A DNA stretch of 20,000 nt from an uncultured virus (IMG/VR IMGVR_UViG_2648501751_000004) (Duplodnaviria > Heunggongvirae > Uroviricota > Caudoviricetes), in the IMG/VR virus record IMGVR_UViG_2648501751_000004; one strand, 5' to 3'. Below the pieces are notes generated by a model. The model worked only from the letters and a program-made list of their open reading frames with translations, did not search any database and was not told the DNA's origin. Below are positions 8,700-15,610 of this stretch, one piece after another (position 1 is the stretch's first letter; every line of letters begins with the position of its first letter). Position numbers and translations under genes: made by a program.

Positions 8700-8954
8700 T
8701 TACTGCTGTGGCGTGTGTGTGCTCTGAATGATCGATTCCAGCAGCTCGGCGTAGTCGCGCCGTTGCCGGTCCCGGTTGACCAGTGCGGTGTAGGTTTCGT
8801 CGCTCAGGCACTGGAGCTGTTCGCCGCTGACGCTCGGGAGCTCCGGCCGGGGCGGCACTGGTAACGGTGTGGTGACGTACTCAATGGCCGGCGTGGTGCA
8901 GCCGGTCAAAAGCACCACGAGAAATAACCACCAGCTCTTTACAAGTGTTCTCAC
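8700..8954 (-). CDS. Outer-membrane lipoprotein spanin (o-spanin, Rz1-like)
   Basis: Signal peptide with lipobox LTG-C, Pro-rich mature part (PLPVPPRPELP), last gene of the lysis cassette. Confidence 0.78.
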   Translation of the reverse strand: MRTLVKSWWLFLVVLLTGCTTPAIEYVTTPLPVPPRPELPSVSGEQLQCLSDETYTALVNRDRQRRDYAELLESIIQSTHTPQQ

Positions 8955-9202
8955 CAGTGGCCCTCCAGGTCATCGCGTTTCTGCGTGTCCGGCTTTGTAC
9001 GCTGCTCGCGCTGGCGTTTGCCGGTTCTGGCCATGGCCTGGGTGGCGCTGGCCTGGGCATCGCTGGCCGCCCGGTTGTGTTCGGCCCGTCGGGTTTCCGC
9101 CTGGCGGGTGGCCTTCTCAGCGTCGCCCCGTTTTTTGAAGGCGTAGCCCAGGGCACCCAAAACCGCGATGGCGGCACCGATCAGCAGCTCAAGTATTCCC
9201 AC
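8951..9202 (-). CDS. Inner-membrane spanin (i-spanin, Rz-like), 83 aa
   Basis: GTG start at 9202 with SD GGAGG (9213-9209). N-terminal TM followed by an Ala/Arg/Gln helical domain, directly upstream of the lipoprotein. Confidence 0.7.
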   Translation of the reverse strand: MGILELLIGAAIAVLGALGYAFKKRGDAEKATRQAETRRAEHNRAASDAQASATQAMARTGKRQREQRTKPDTQKRDDLEGHW

Positions 9203-9425
9203 GGCTGGCCTCCATGCTTTTCTGTTTCCACTCACGCCCCACCCAGATGGCGAGGATCAGCGCCACAGCGCTGCCATAGACGCCGGCGTCCATTTGGGGC
9301 ATCTCGCCCAGCGGGCCCAGGGTCATGCCGGCAATCAGGAATTTAACGGTGACCACCAGCCAACTGATGGCCACGAAGGGCAGCGTGCGGCTGGGGGTAC
9401 CTCGGGTGTCGGGCCAGGCAATCAT
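9189..9425 (-). CDS. Putative holin (2 TM)
   Basis: 78 aa with two hydrophobic segments and a charged C-terminus. SD AGGAG. Lies between endolysin and spanins. Confidence 0.65.
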   Translation of the reverse strand: MIAWPDTRGTPSRTLPFVAISWLVVTVKFLIAGMTLGPLGEMPQMDAGVYGSAVALILAIWVGREWKQKSMEASRGNT

Positions 9426-9434
9426 GGCGTTCTC

Positions 9435-9791
9435 CTATCCGCGCCAACGGGCGGGGCCGTTGGTGCGGGTGTCGATGTGGGTGAAGGTGTCATAGCGGCC
9501 GATGCTGAGATCGGGGTAGGTTTTCTCCAGCCACTGGCTGACCAGTGGCGGATCCACGCCTTCCACCTGGATGTCAGCGGCACGGCCGCGCAGGTGCTGG
9601 CTGTTCGGGCTACCGCCAACATTGGCGTTATGGGATTCACAGCGACAGCCACTGGTGATCGTGATCGGTGCGTTGAAGTGCTTGCGCACGTCCTGCACAA
9701 CCCGCAGCAGCACGGCGTCTACGGTGTCAAAACCACACCCGCATTTGCAGGCAAACTCGGCGCGCTGGAAGTTCTTGCTGATCTGGCTCAT
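9435..9791 (-). CDS. Endolysin, peptidase M15A-type Zn D-Ala-D-Ala/L-Ala-D-Glu peptidase fold
   Basis: ISKNFQRAEFACKCG, SGCRCESHN..VGG..NSQHLRGRAADI and FTHIDTR carry the His/Asp/His Zn ligands of the M15 family. Confidence 0.9.
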   Translation of the reverse strand: MSQISKNFQRAEFACKCGCGFDTVDAVLLRVVQDVRKHFNAPITITSGCRCESHNANVGGSPNSQHLRGRAADIQVEGVDPPLVSQWLEKTYPDLSIGRYDTFTHIDTRTNGPARWRG

Positions 9792-10318
9792 TGGCTCAGC
9801 TCCTTTTCGGTATCAATGAGGCGCCGGCCCAGTGCCATCAGCCGGCGCACCTCAGCCAGGTTGTTGGCCTTCTGAGCAGCGGCGATCTGGGCGCTCAGGA
9901 CTTCGGCGAGTTCACACAGCAGGCAGGCCATCTCAATGGATGGCTTGGCCGGTTCTGGTGCGTTAGAGGTGTGTGTGGTGGCCGGGGTGTCTAACGATTT
10001 TTCCACAGTGGGTTTGGCCTTGCCGGCAGCCAGGGCCAGCTGCTCACGTCCCCATGGGGTGAGCTGGAAGCCGGTGCGATCGGGGTTGTCGCGCAATGGC
10101 TGCACGTCCAGGTAACCGGTGGTCTGAAGGCCGGCCAGGTTGTTGGCCACCTTGGCCTTGTCCTGTTCGTTGGCTGCGTTCATGGCCACGCAGATCAGAG
10201 GTCCGGGAACGGCCGTGCGGCGCTGGCGCTGAAGGTCCGCCACCGTATTGAGCAGGCGACGACGAGCCGCCACCCGGGGCAATACCGGTGATGCGTCGGT
10301 GGTGCAGGTTTCAGTCAT
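9788..10318 (-). CDS. Hypothetical protein, possible winged-helix, first gene of the late lysis operon
   Basis: 176 aa containing LAGLQTTGYL...FQLTPWGREQL, a wHTH-wing-like motif. SD-like GAGG upstream and an ATGA overlap with the endolysin. Confidence 0.65.
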   Translation of the reverse strand: MTETCTTDASPVLPRVAARRRLLNTVADLQRQRRTAVPGPLICVAMNAANEQDKAKVANNLAGLQTTGYLDVQPLRDNPDRTGFQLTPWGREQLALAAGKAKPTVEKSLDTPATTHTSNAPEPAKPSIEMACLLCELAEVLSAQIAAAQKANNLAEVRRLMALGRRLIDTEKELSQ

Positions 10319-10363
10319 GATCGCCTCGCCTGATCGTGGGTGGTCAGCAGTTCAGTGACCTTC

Positions 10364-10402
10364 AGGCTATCGGCGGGGCGCTATAAGGAGGGAATAAAGC
10401 GG
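10364..10402 (-). promoter_or_regulatory. Putative activator-dependent late promoter for the lysis/packaging operon (Plys-like)
   Basis: CCGCTTTAT (10402-10394), then 24 nt, then -10-like TAGCCT (10369-10364). No good -35. Same architecture as 2327-2365. Confidence 0.6.
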
Positions 10403-10408
10403 ATTATT

Positions 10409-10432
10409 AAATGCCCAGCGGTTCAGGCATTT
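10409..10432 (-). terminator. Inverted repeat after mor/C; possible weak terminator or operator
   Basis: AAATGCC-N10-GGCATTT followed on the minus strand by AATAAT rather than a poly-U tail. Confidence 0.35.
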
Positions 10433-10499
10433 GTCGGAGAATAATTCGGGGGATAATCGGAAAAGAGAAAAGGCGTTGGCCGGGCGACTACCGCGCTGG

Positions 10500-10925
10500 C
10501 TAGTCGCCGAACAGCCCCGGTTGCAGGCGGGCGCGGATCATCTTGCGCTGGCGTGCCAGAATCGAATAAATCTGCACCTCGGTCAAGTGGTAGGCCTTGG
10601 CCAGCTCGCTGACGTTGGTGCCGTTGTGGCGCTCCCAGATCTCCCGGTCCCTCAAGGCCGTCTCCAGCTGCTCGCCCTTGGGCACATACAGGCTGCGGCC
10701 GCCGGCGAAACCGGCCAGCGCACGCACGGCCCGGAAGGCCAGCCGTCGGGCATCCGCCACCACGGCGCCATCCCGAACGAACGCGGCCTCCAGAATGCTC
10801 AGCATGTCGGTCAGCCCCTGGGGCCACTTGGCCAGGATCTCCGGATCGTCCATGTATTCCAGCATAGAATCGTCCAGCTCGTCCTCGAATAGGGCCAGGG
10901 TTTGCTCATGGTCGTGATTACCCAT
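10500..10925 (-). CDS. mor: Mor/C family transcription activator
   Basis: AGGRSLYVPKG...RDREIWERHNGTNVSELAKAYHLTEVQIYSIL is the Mor signature with a C-terminal HTH. Follows gemA. Confidence 0.92.
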   Translation of the reverse strand: MGNHDHEQTLALFEDELDDSMLEYMDDPEILAKWPQGLTDMLSILEAAFVRDGAVVADARRLAFRAVRALAGFAGGRSLYVPKGEQLETALRDREIWERHNGTNVSELAKAYHLTEVQIYSILARQRKMIRARLQPGLFGD

Positions 10926-11337
10926 TGATTCTTCTCCCGTGTCGCCGTGCGTCTACCAGTAGTCCCTGCATCAGGCGGAATAGCTGGTCATCGTCCAGCC
11001 AGTCCACCCGATCCACCTGGAACATGCGCTGGGCCATGCCGTCGGCGTAGGCCCAGGGCCGGCCCGCCTCGGCCAGCAGCGCTTCCACTTTATCCATCAC
11101 CGCCTTGCGGCTGGGCGGGGTGCGTGGTTTCTTGCGGCCGGCTTTCTTGCCGGGCTTCGGCACCCAGCCCAGGCGGCGGAATTCATCCAGCACCTGGCTG
11201 AGCTGCCTCGCGTTCAAATGCTTGGCGCTGCGAACGCCAGCCACCCGGGCCAGCAGCGCCCGATAGGTGTCGTCGTCCATGCCCAGTTCTTTGGCCGCGA
11301 TATGCACCTGCGCCAGGCCGCGTTGATTGATGCTCAT
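10918..11337 (-). CDS. gemA: GemA (Mu gp16/DUF1018) family protein
   Basis: LAQVHIAAKELGMDDDTYRALLARVAGVRSAKHL...WAYADGMAQRMFQVDRVDWL motif. Confidence 0.92.
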   Translation of the reverse strand: MSINQRGLAQVHIAAKELGMDDDTYRALLARVAGVRSAKHLNARQLSQVLDEFRRLGWVPKPGKKAGRKKPRTPPSRKAVMDKVEALLAEAGRPWAYADGMAQRMFQVDRVDWLDDDQLFRLMQGLLVDARRHGRRING

Positions 11338-11702
11338 GGCTGCACCCTTGCGGCAGCTCCGGCCTTACGGGCGGCGCGGGATGGCAATAGTGCATAGCAG
11401 GCCTTGCAGGGCTGCTGGCTGCGGCCGCCGGCCTGAAAGTAGAACTCTTTGTCGTCCGGCCAGAAGTCGTTGCACTTGGTGCAACGCAGCTCCTGCCCGA
11501 GTTCGGTATGGCGCAGGTTCTCGGCCTCCCATTCCAGCTTGCGGATCCGGCTGTGCAGCTTGTTGGCCACCGCTTTCTGCAGGCCTGGCACGTCCAGCGC
11601 CGCGCGGCACTCGTCCAGATCAAAGCGCTCGACGGCATAGATGCGATCGGCGGCGCTTTGGGGGCCGTAGCCGTGGTCATTGAGGAAGGGGTTGTCACTC
11701 AC
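11334..11702 (-). CDS. Hypothetical protein with a C-terminal CxxC...CxxC zinc-finger-like motif
   Basis: CTKCNDFWPDDKEFY...PCKAC. Coupled to both neighbours by overlaps. Confidence 0.75.
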   Translation of the reverse strand: MSDNPFLNDHGYGPQSAADRIYAVERFDLDECRAALDVPGLQKAVANKLHSRIRKLEWEAENLRHTELGQELRCTKCNDFWPDDKEFYFQAGGRSQQPCKACYALLPSRAARKAGAAARVQP

Positions 11703-12118
11703 AGCGTGTCCTCCTGTTTGGCCGGCTTCAGTTCGAGATCCGGGAAGTGTTTCTTCAGGTGCCGTACCAGGCTCTTTGGCGTGTTCCAGTACGGCATGAA
11801 GGCGCAGGTTTGCAGGGCCGTCATCTCATCGGCGCGCTTCTTCCCGAACACCCGCTTCAGGCTTTTGTACTCGCTCAGCTTGTAAGGACGGGTGCGGTAC
11901 GGCCGCCAGAATCGTGCTTGTGGGTGCTCAGGCTCGCCTTCCGCCGTAGCCTTGTACCACTGGCCTTCGATCCAGCCATCCACGTAGACCTCAACCACCA
12001 GGCGCTCTTTGTACAGGCGTCTCAAAAACGTCAATTCGTGGCCATCAGCGACAGCCGCCACGCTGCAAAAGAAACCTGACAGGCCTTCTTCCAATTGCTG
12101 CCACTTGTTGTTGCTCAT
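11699..12118 (-). CDS. Hypothetical phage protein
   Basis: 139 aa in the operon chain with SD GAGG. Contains VYVDGWIEG...PYWNTPKSLVRHLKK. Confidence 0.78.
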   Translation of the reverse strand: MSNNKWQQLEEGLSGFFCSVAAVADGHELTFLRRLYKERLVVEVYVDGWIEGQWYKATAEGEPEHPQARFWRPYRTRPYKLSEYKSLKRVFGKKRADEMTALQTCAFMPYWNTPKSLVRHLKKHFPDLELKPAKQEDTL

Positions 12119-12121
12119 AAC

Positions 12122-12508
12122 TCAGCCTCTGATCGTGTAGTAAGTTCCATCGCCTACCCAAAAGAGCCCGTGCTTGTCTTTCAGGTCACAGACAAAGCTG
12201 ATGCCCTCCATGGTCGGCTCCAAATTGAGCGCCCTTAGAGGCCAGCCTTCGTCTTCCCCGGCGTCATCAATGCAAATCATTCCGTGACGCCTCAAGAGCC
12301 CAGTCATTCTTCCGCAGAACCTGGAGTCAACCTTCAGGTACTTGGCTAGATTTTCTGGGCTGGCATTGCCGGCGATATCTCGGGCGTAAAAGATGACCAT
12401 CAGCAAACGCACGCACAGGACACCTTCGTCCGGGCCGGTCCTAAAAGGCAGCAAAGCGGATAGCCTTGCCAGGTCAACATATGTAGGTTCTTTTAAAATC
12501 TTGATCAT
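12122..12508 (-). CDS. Hypothetical protein, lower GC than flanks
   Basis: 128 aa. ATGA overlap with the upstream gene, SD GGAGG, visibly more AT-rich codons. Confidence 0.7.
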   Translation of the reverse strand: MIKILKEPTYVDLARLSALLPFRTGPDEGVLCVRLLMVIFYARDIAGNASPENLAKYLKVDSRFCGRMTGLLRRHGMICIDDAGEDEGWPLRALNLEPTMEGISFVCDLKDKHGLFWVGDGTYYTIRG

Positions 12509-12753
12509 GCTTCCTCCACCGGCAGCCAGCCGGCTTTGAGCCGCCGGACACCCTCGATCAATTCCGGATCGACGTCTTGCTGCTCCATCCGCAATACCAA
12601 TTCGGTGCGAGCCTCAGAAAATCGAGTTGACATAAACTCCCAGTCCAGCCGGGCCTGCAACTCACCCGGGAAACGCAGGCCCCAGGGCTCAGCCTCCGCC
12701 GCCCTCAATTCGCCGCGATGTACGTCGACGTCATCAAATCCATACACCTTCAT
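12505..12753 (-). CDS. Small acidic hypothetical protein
   Basis: 82 aa, SD AGAGGA, coupled to the next gene. Confidence 0.72.
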   Translation of the reverse strand: MKVYGFDDVDVHRGELRAAEAEPWGLRFPGELQARLDWEFMSTRFSEARTELVLRMEQQDVDPELIEGVRRLKAGWLPVEEA

Positions 12754-12770
12754 GTCCGCTTCCTCTTTCC

Positions 12771-12950
12771 TTAGTGCCAGGCGTGAACGCTAATCACGAC
12801 GGCAACTACTGCCCCGAATACGACGCACCATGCGGCCTGCTTTCGAGCGAAGTACTTGCCAGCGTTGAATCCTCGGGCGTACGCCTTGTCCTCTGGCGTC
12901 TTTGCAAGGTGCACCCGCAGCTCGTCAGTCAGTCGTTCCATATCAGGCAT
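12771..12950 (-). CDS. Unannotated 59-aa protein with a C-terminal TM helix
   Basis: Below the ORF-track cutoff. MPDMERLTDELRVHLAKTPEDKAYARGFNAGKYFARKQAAWCVVFGAVVAVVISVHAWH*, SD GGAG 9 nt upstream. Fills the gap between the ribozyme and the next gene. Confidence 0.72.
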   Translation of the reverse strand: MPDMERLTDELRVHLAKTPEDKAYARGFNAGKYFARKQAAWCVVFGAVVAVVISVHAWH

Positions 12951-12971
12951 CGCTCGGCACTCCGGTTTGTT

Positions 12972-13029
12972 TGGCTGCTCATCAGTACCAGGCCACCACG
13001 CCTGGCAGACGCCCCGTAGGGCGTTTCGC
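12972..13029 (-). ncRNA. Hammerhead ribozyme, type II topology
   Basis: Minus strand: GC-GAAA-CGCCC-UACG-GGGCG-UC^UGCCAGGC-GUGGUG-GCCUGGUA-CUGAUGA-GC-AGCCA. All core nucleotides are present (CUGAUGA, GAAA, GUC). Stem III is 6 bp with a UNCG loop, stem I is 8 bp, stem II is 2 bp. Predicted cleavage between 13008 and 13007. Confidence 0.9.
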
Positions 13030-13272
13030 TTAGTGACTCTTGGTAGTGGCCACCGGGCGAAGCAGTTGCTCTTCCTTCACCTTGAACATCTCGTGGATGG
13101 CGTCGCGTATGGCTTCCACGCCCACCAGTGCCAGGTGCTGCACGGCGGTTTCGTCGCTGCCCAGGCCCCGGTACTTGTCCGCGAAGCTCAGTCCCACCTG
13201 GACACCCTGATCGGTCGCCTCGATGGTGATGGTGGCCTGGGTGCCCATTGGCTTTTTCGGTTGCTCGCTCAT
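13030..13272 (-). CDS. Hypothetical phage protein
   Basis: 80 aa, SD GGGAG, starts 1 nt after the upstream stop. Its TAA abuts the ribozyme. Confidence 0.75.
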   Translation of the reverse strand: MSEQPKKPMGTQATITIEATDQGVQVGLSFADKYRGLGSDETAVQHLALVGVEAIRDAIHEMFKVKEEQLLRPVATTKSH

Positions 13273-13273
13273 G

Positions 13274-13900
13274 TCACACTCCCGCGATATCTAGGCTGAT
13301 GGCTTTGTACTGGTCGGTTTCGCCCACGCGCTCATACAGGCGGATGTAGCTCTTGGAGCCGGTGACCTGCACCGCGTCGCTGATAGCGTCCATAGCCTTG
13401 AGCCAGCGCGCGTCGGAGATGTTCAGGCGGCGCAGGCCCAGCACCTGGCCGGTGCGGATGTTGCCGGCCTGGTCCACACGGAAGGCGTCCTGCACGATGG
13501 CGGCTACTTCAGGGCGGGCGTCGGCAGTCCATTCGGTCAGGCACTGGTCAATCAGGGCCTTGGCCGCCTGCAGGCGCTCATCAAAGCTGATGCTTTCCTG
13601 AATGGCGCGTTGGATCTTGTAGCGGCCGTCAAAGCTCACCAGCTGGACGTTGCCCTTGCGCCCACCCATCTGCACGCCGTACTCCTGGGCAGAGGTTTCC
13701 ACGAAGGCGTGAATCTCGCTGAAGGCGTCGCCTTTGAAGTCCCGCAGCTCTTCCCGCAGGGCCTTGGCACGATCCACCAGGCCGTAGACCAGCTCGTCCC
13801 GCAGCTTGTCCACTTCCTTGATTTGGTCCTCCGGGATCAGGCGGCCCCGGGCGTCGGTGCGGTAGCCCTCAAGGTTCGGGCTCTTGTTGGCATTGCTCAT
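13274..13900 (-). CDS. DUF3164 family protein (conserved Mu-like early gene)
   Basis: DARGRLIPEDQIKEVDKLRD...GGRKGNVQLVSFDG...FDERLQAAKALIDQC...SKSYIRLYER motifs. SD AAGGAG. Confidence 0.88.
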   Translation of the reverse strand: MSNANKSPNLEGYRTDARGRLIPEDQIKEVDKLRDELVYGLVDRAKALREELRDFKGDAFSEIHAFVETSAQEYGVQMGGRKGNVQLVSFDGRYKIQRAIQESISFDERLQAAKALIDQCLTEWTADARPEVAAIVQDAFRVDQAGNIRTGQVLGLRRLNISDARWLKAMDAISDAVQVTGSKSYIRLYERVGETDQYKAISLDIAGV

Positions 13901-14289
13901 GATGTTGCTCCTTTGGTTGTTTCAAGTGCCCGGGCGGCCGGGCGGGATTCGGAGATGGTGGGGTAGCTGCAGCGTGGGCAGGCGCCCTCGACCAGGTGAT
14001 GGTCCACCAGGCCGCACCAGTCGCAGCGGCCCACGGTGGTGATGCAGTACATCGGGCCCTGCATGCTGGCGGCGGTGCGCACGCGCCCATCGGCGATCAG
14101 CCCGGCCAGGGCCCGGTCGACCGTCACCACCGGCAGGCGAGTGGCCGCGACAAGTTCCGCGCCAGTGGCACAGCCGCCGTGGGCTTGCAGGCACTCCAGG
14201 GTGCGCTCCCGGTGGCGCTGGCGGATCATCTGCTGCAGGAATCGCTCGTCGATCTCGACGGGGTACTGATCAAAGCAAACGATCGTCAT
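13897..14289 (-). CDS. Hypothetical HTH protein with a C-terminal Zn-ribbon
   Basis: ATGA-coupled start at 14289. wHTH-like ATGAELVAATRLPVVTVDRALAGLIADGRV, then CDWC...CPRC. Confidence 0.72.
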   Translation of the reverse strand: MTIVCFDQYPVEIDERFLQQMIRQRHRERTLECLQAHGGCATGAELVAATRLPVVTVDRALAGLIADGRVRTAASMQGPMYCITTVGRCDWCGLVDHHLVEGACPRCSYPTISESRPAARALETTKGATS

Positions 14290-14597
14290 GTGCGGCTCCA
14301 TCCCGGCATGCCTGACGGCTTGCGGCGCGGGTGGCGGTGGTGGTGCAGGATCTCCACCACGGTGCCGTTGCGGCGCGGCAGGTGGTCTACCTCCGCTTCT
14401 ACCGGCACGGGCACCTCAGCGGCGTCGATACGGGCTTGCGCCTGGCGCTGCTTTGGCAACAGCGGGAAGGGCTCGTCTGCCAGGTGTTCGTAGCGCTGCG
14501 GGTTGGCCAGGTACTGCTCCAGGCTTATGCCGTGGCCCTTCAGGTGCAGCTCCACGTAACGGTCGGCGTAGTGCTCAAGGTAGGGAACGCTATACAT
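14286..14597 (-). CDS. Hypothetical phage protein
   Basis: 103 aa, overlapping both neighbours in the operon. Confidence 0.7.
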   Translation of the reverse strand: MYSVPYLEHYADRYVELHLKGHGISLEQYLANPQRYEHLADEPFPLLPKQRQAQARIDAAEVPVPVEAEVDHLPRRNGTVVEILHHHRHPRRKPSGMPGWSRT

Positions 14598-14976
14598 GGT
14601 TCTTGCCTCGCTCGGGGCCGGTGGCCGCCGCGTTGGGGTTGTTGGTGCAGCCCTGGCAGGTGCGCCAGATACGCATGGCCATCGGGTTGTGGGTGGGGGC
14701 TGGCCGCTCGCGGTAGGCCCGGCATTGCTCCGTGGTGATCATCTTTCCCTGGGCCGGGCAGTGGATGCCGTCCAGGGCTTCGAGCACCCGGCGCTCCATG
14801 CGGTCAGTGCTGGGGCTGGAGTAGTTATTGGCCAGCAGCAGCGACACGGCAGTGCGCGAGATACCGATGCGCTCGGCGGTCCGGGTGCGGTTGCTGGCCC
14901 GGACTTCAGCGGCCAGCAGCTCCACCCAGCGCGGGGGCTCCTCGCCCCAGGCGGAGATATCGACGGTGCGTTTCAT
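14590..14976 (-). CDS. XRE/lambda-repressor-like HTH protein with four C-terminal cysteines
   Basis: RTRTAERIGISRTAVSLLLANNY HTH, then CP...C...CQGC. SD GGAGGT and an ATGA overlap. Confidence 0.78.
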   Translation of the reverse strand: MKRTVDISAWGEEPPRWVELLAAEVRASNRTRTAERIGISRTAVSLLLANNYSSPSTDRMERRVLEALDGIHCPAQGKMITTEQCRAYRERPAPTHNPMAMRIWRTCQGCTNNPNAAATGPERGKNHV

Positions 14977-15608
14977 GCGTCACCTCCGCCGTCGCGGCCG
15001 TGGCGGGTGTACACCACCTCGCCGGTGTTGGGGTCGAACACCTGTTTCAGGCGCTGGATCATCGGTGCGCGGGGCCCAGTCCAGCGGCTGGTAATCAGGC
15101 GGTACCGGGCGAACCGCCCGGGGCGGCCTGCGCGCACGGTTTGCAGGTACCCGGCGCCGGCCAGCATCACGCAGTATTCGTTGGCGGTTTTCTCGGCCAC
15201 CGGGAAGTCCGGAGTGCTGGCCGCTCGGGCCAGATCCTGCGAGGTGAACTCGCCGATGATCTTGATGGTGCGCCACATCTGCTCGCGGCCTCGGCCCTGG
15301 GTGACTTCGGTGCCGTCCTTGCGAACCCGGGGGGCGTCCAGCCCGCAGTCTTTCACCAGCTCGTACTGCACCGATGGCCCCGGCGCGCCTTCGATGGGGC
15401 GCAGGTAGCCGGCGGCCACCAGGCCTGCCATGTAATCGCGCACTCGACCTTTCGGGGCCCACTCGGCACCCAGCATCCACACGTCGCGCACGGTGATCGG
15501 CTCGCCGCCCTTGTGCAGCTTGCGCATGATTTCCCACATCGACTGGCGGTCGCCCTTTGGCCCCTGGGCTTCCAGGTGCACGGGTTTGCGGGTGGTGGTC
15601 TTCGCCAT
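14973..15608 (-). CDS. Tandem winged-helix-like protein downstream of the B ATPase
   Basis: ATG 15608 with SD GGAGG. Two internal repeats, each with RxxMW...Y..L..AGYL...Y.L...G..AP. Confidence 0.8.
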   Translation of the reverse strand: MAKTTTRKPVHLEAQGPKGDRQSMWEIMRKLHKGGEPITVRDVWMLGAEWAPKGRVRDYMAGLVAAGYLRPIEGAPGPSVQYELVKDCGLDAPRVRKDGTEVTQGRGREQMWRTIKIIGEFTSQDLARAASTPDFPVAEKTANEYCVMLAGAGYLQTVRAGRPGRFARYRLITSRWTGPRAPMIQRLKQVFDPNTGEVVYTRHGRDGGGDA

Positions 15609-15610
15609 GA

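Noticed and set aside
284..8864. Many long plus-strand ORFs (e.g. 284-1024, 3526-4704, 6338-7714)
   Set aside because: They are antisense shadows of well-supported minus-strand phage genes in GC-rich DNA, with no SD or recognisable motifs.
12774..13019. Plus-strand 81-aa ORF over the ribozyme region
   Set aside because: The region is better explained by the minus-strand ribozyme and 59-aa ORF, and it lacks a clear SD.
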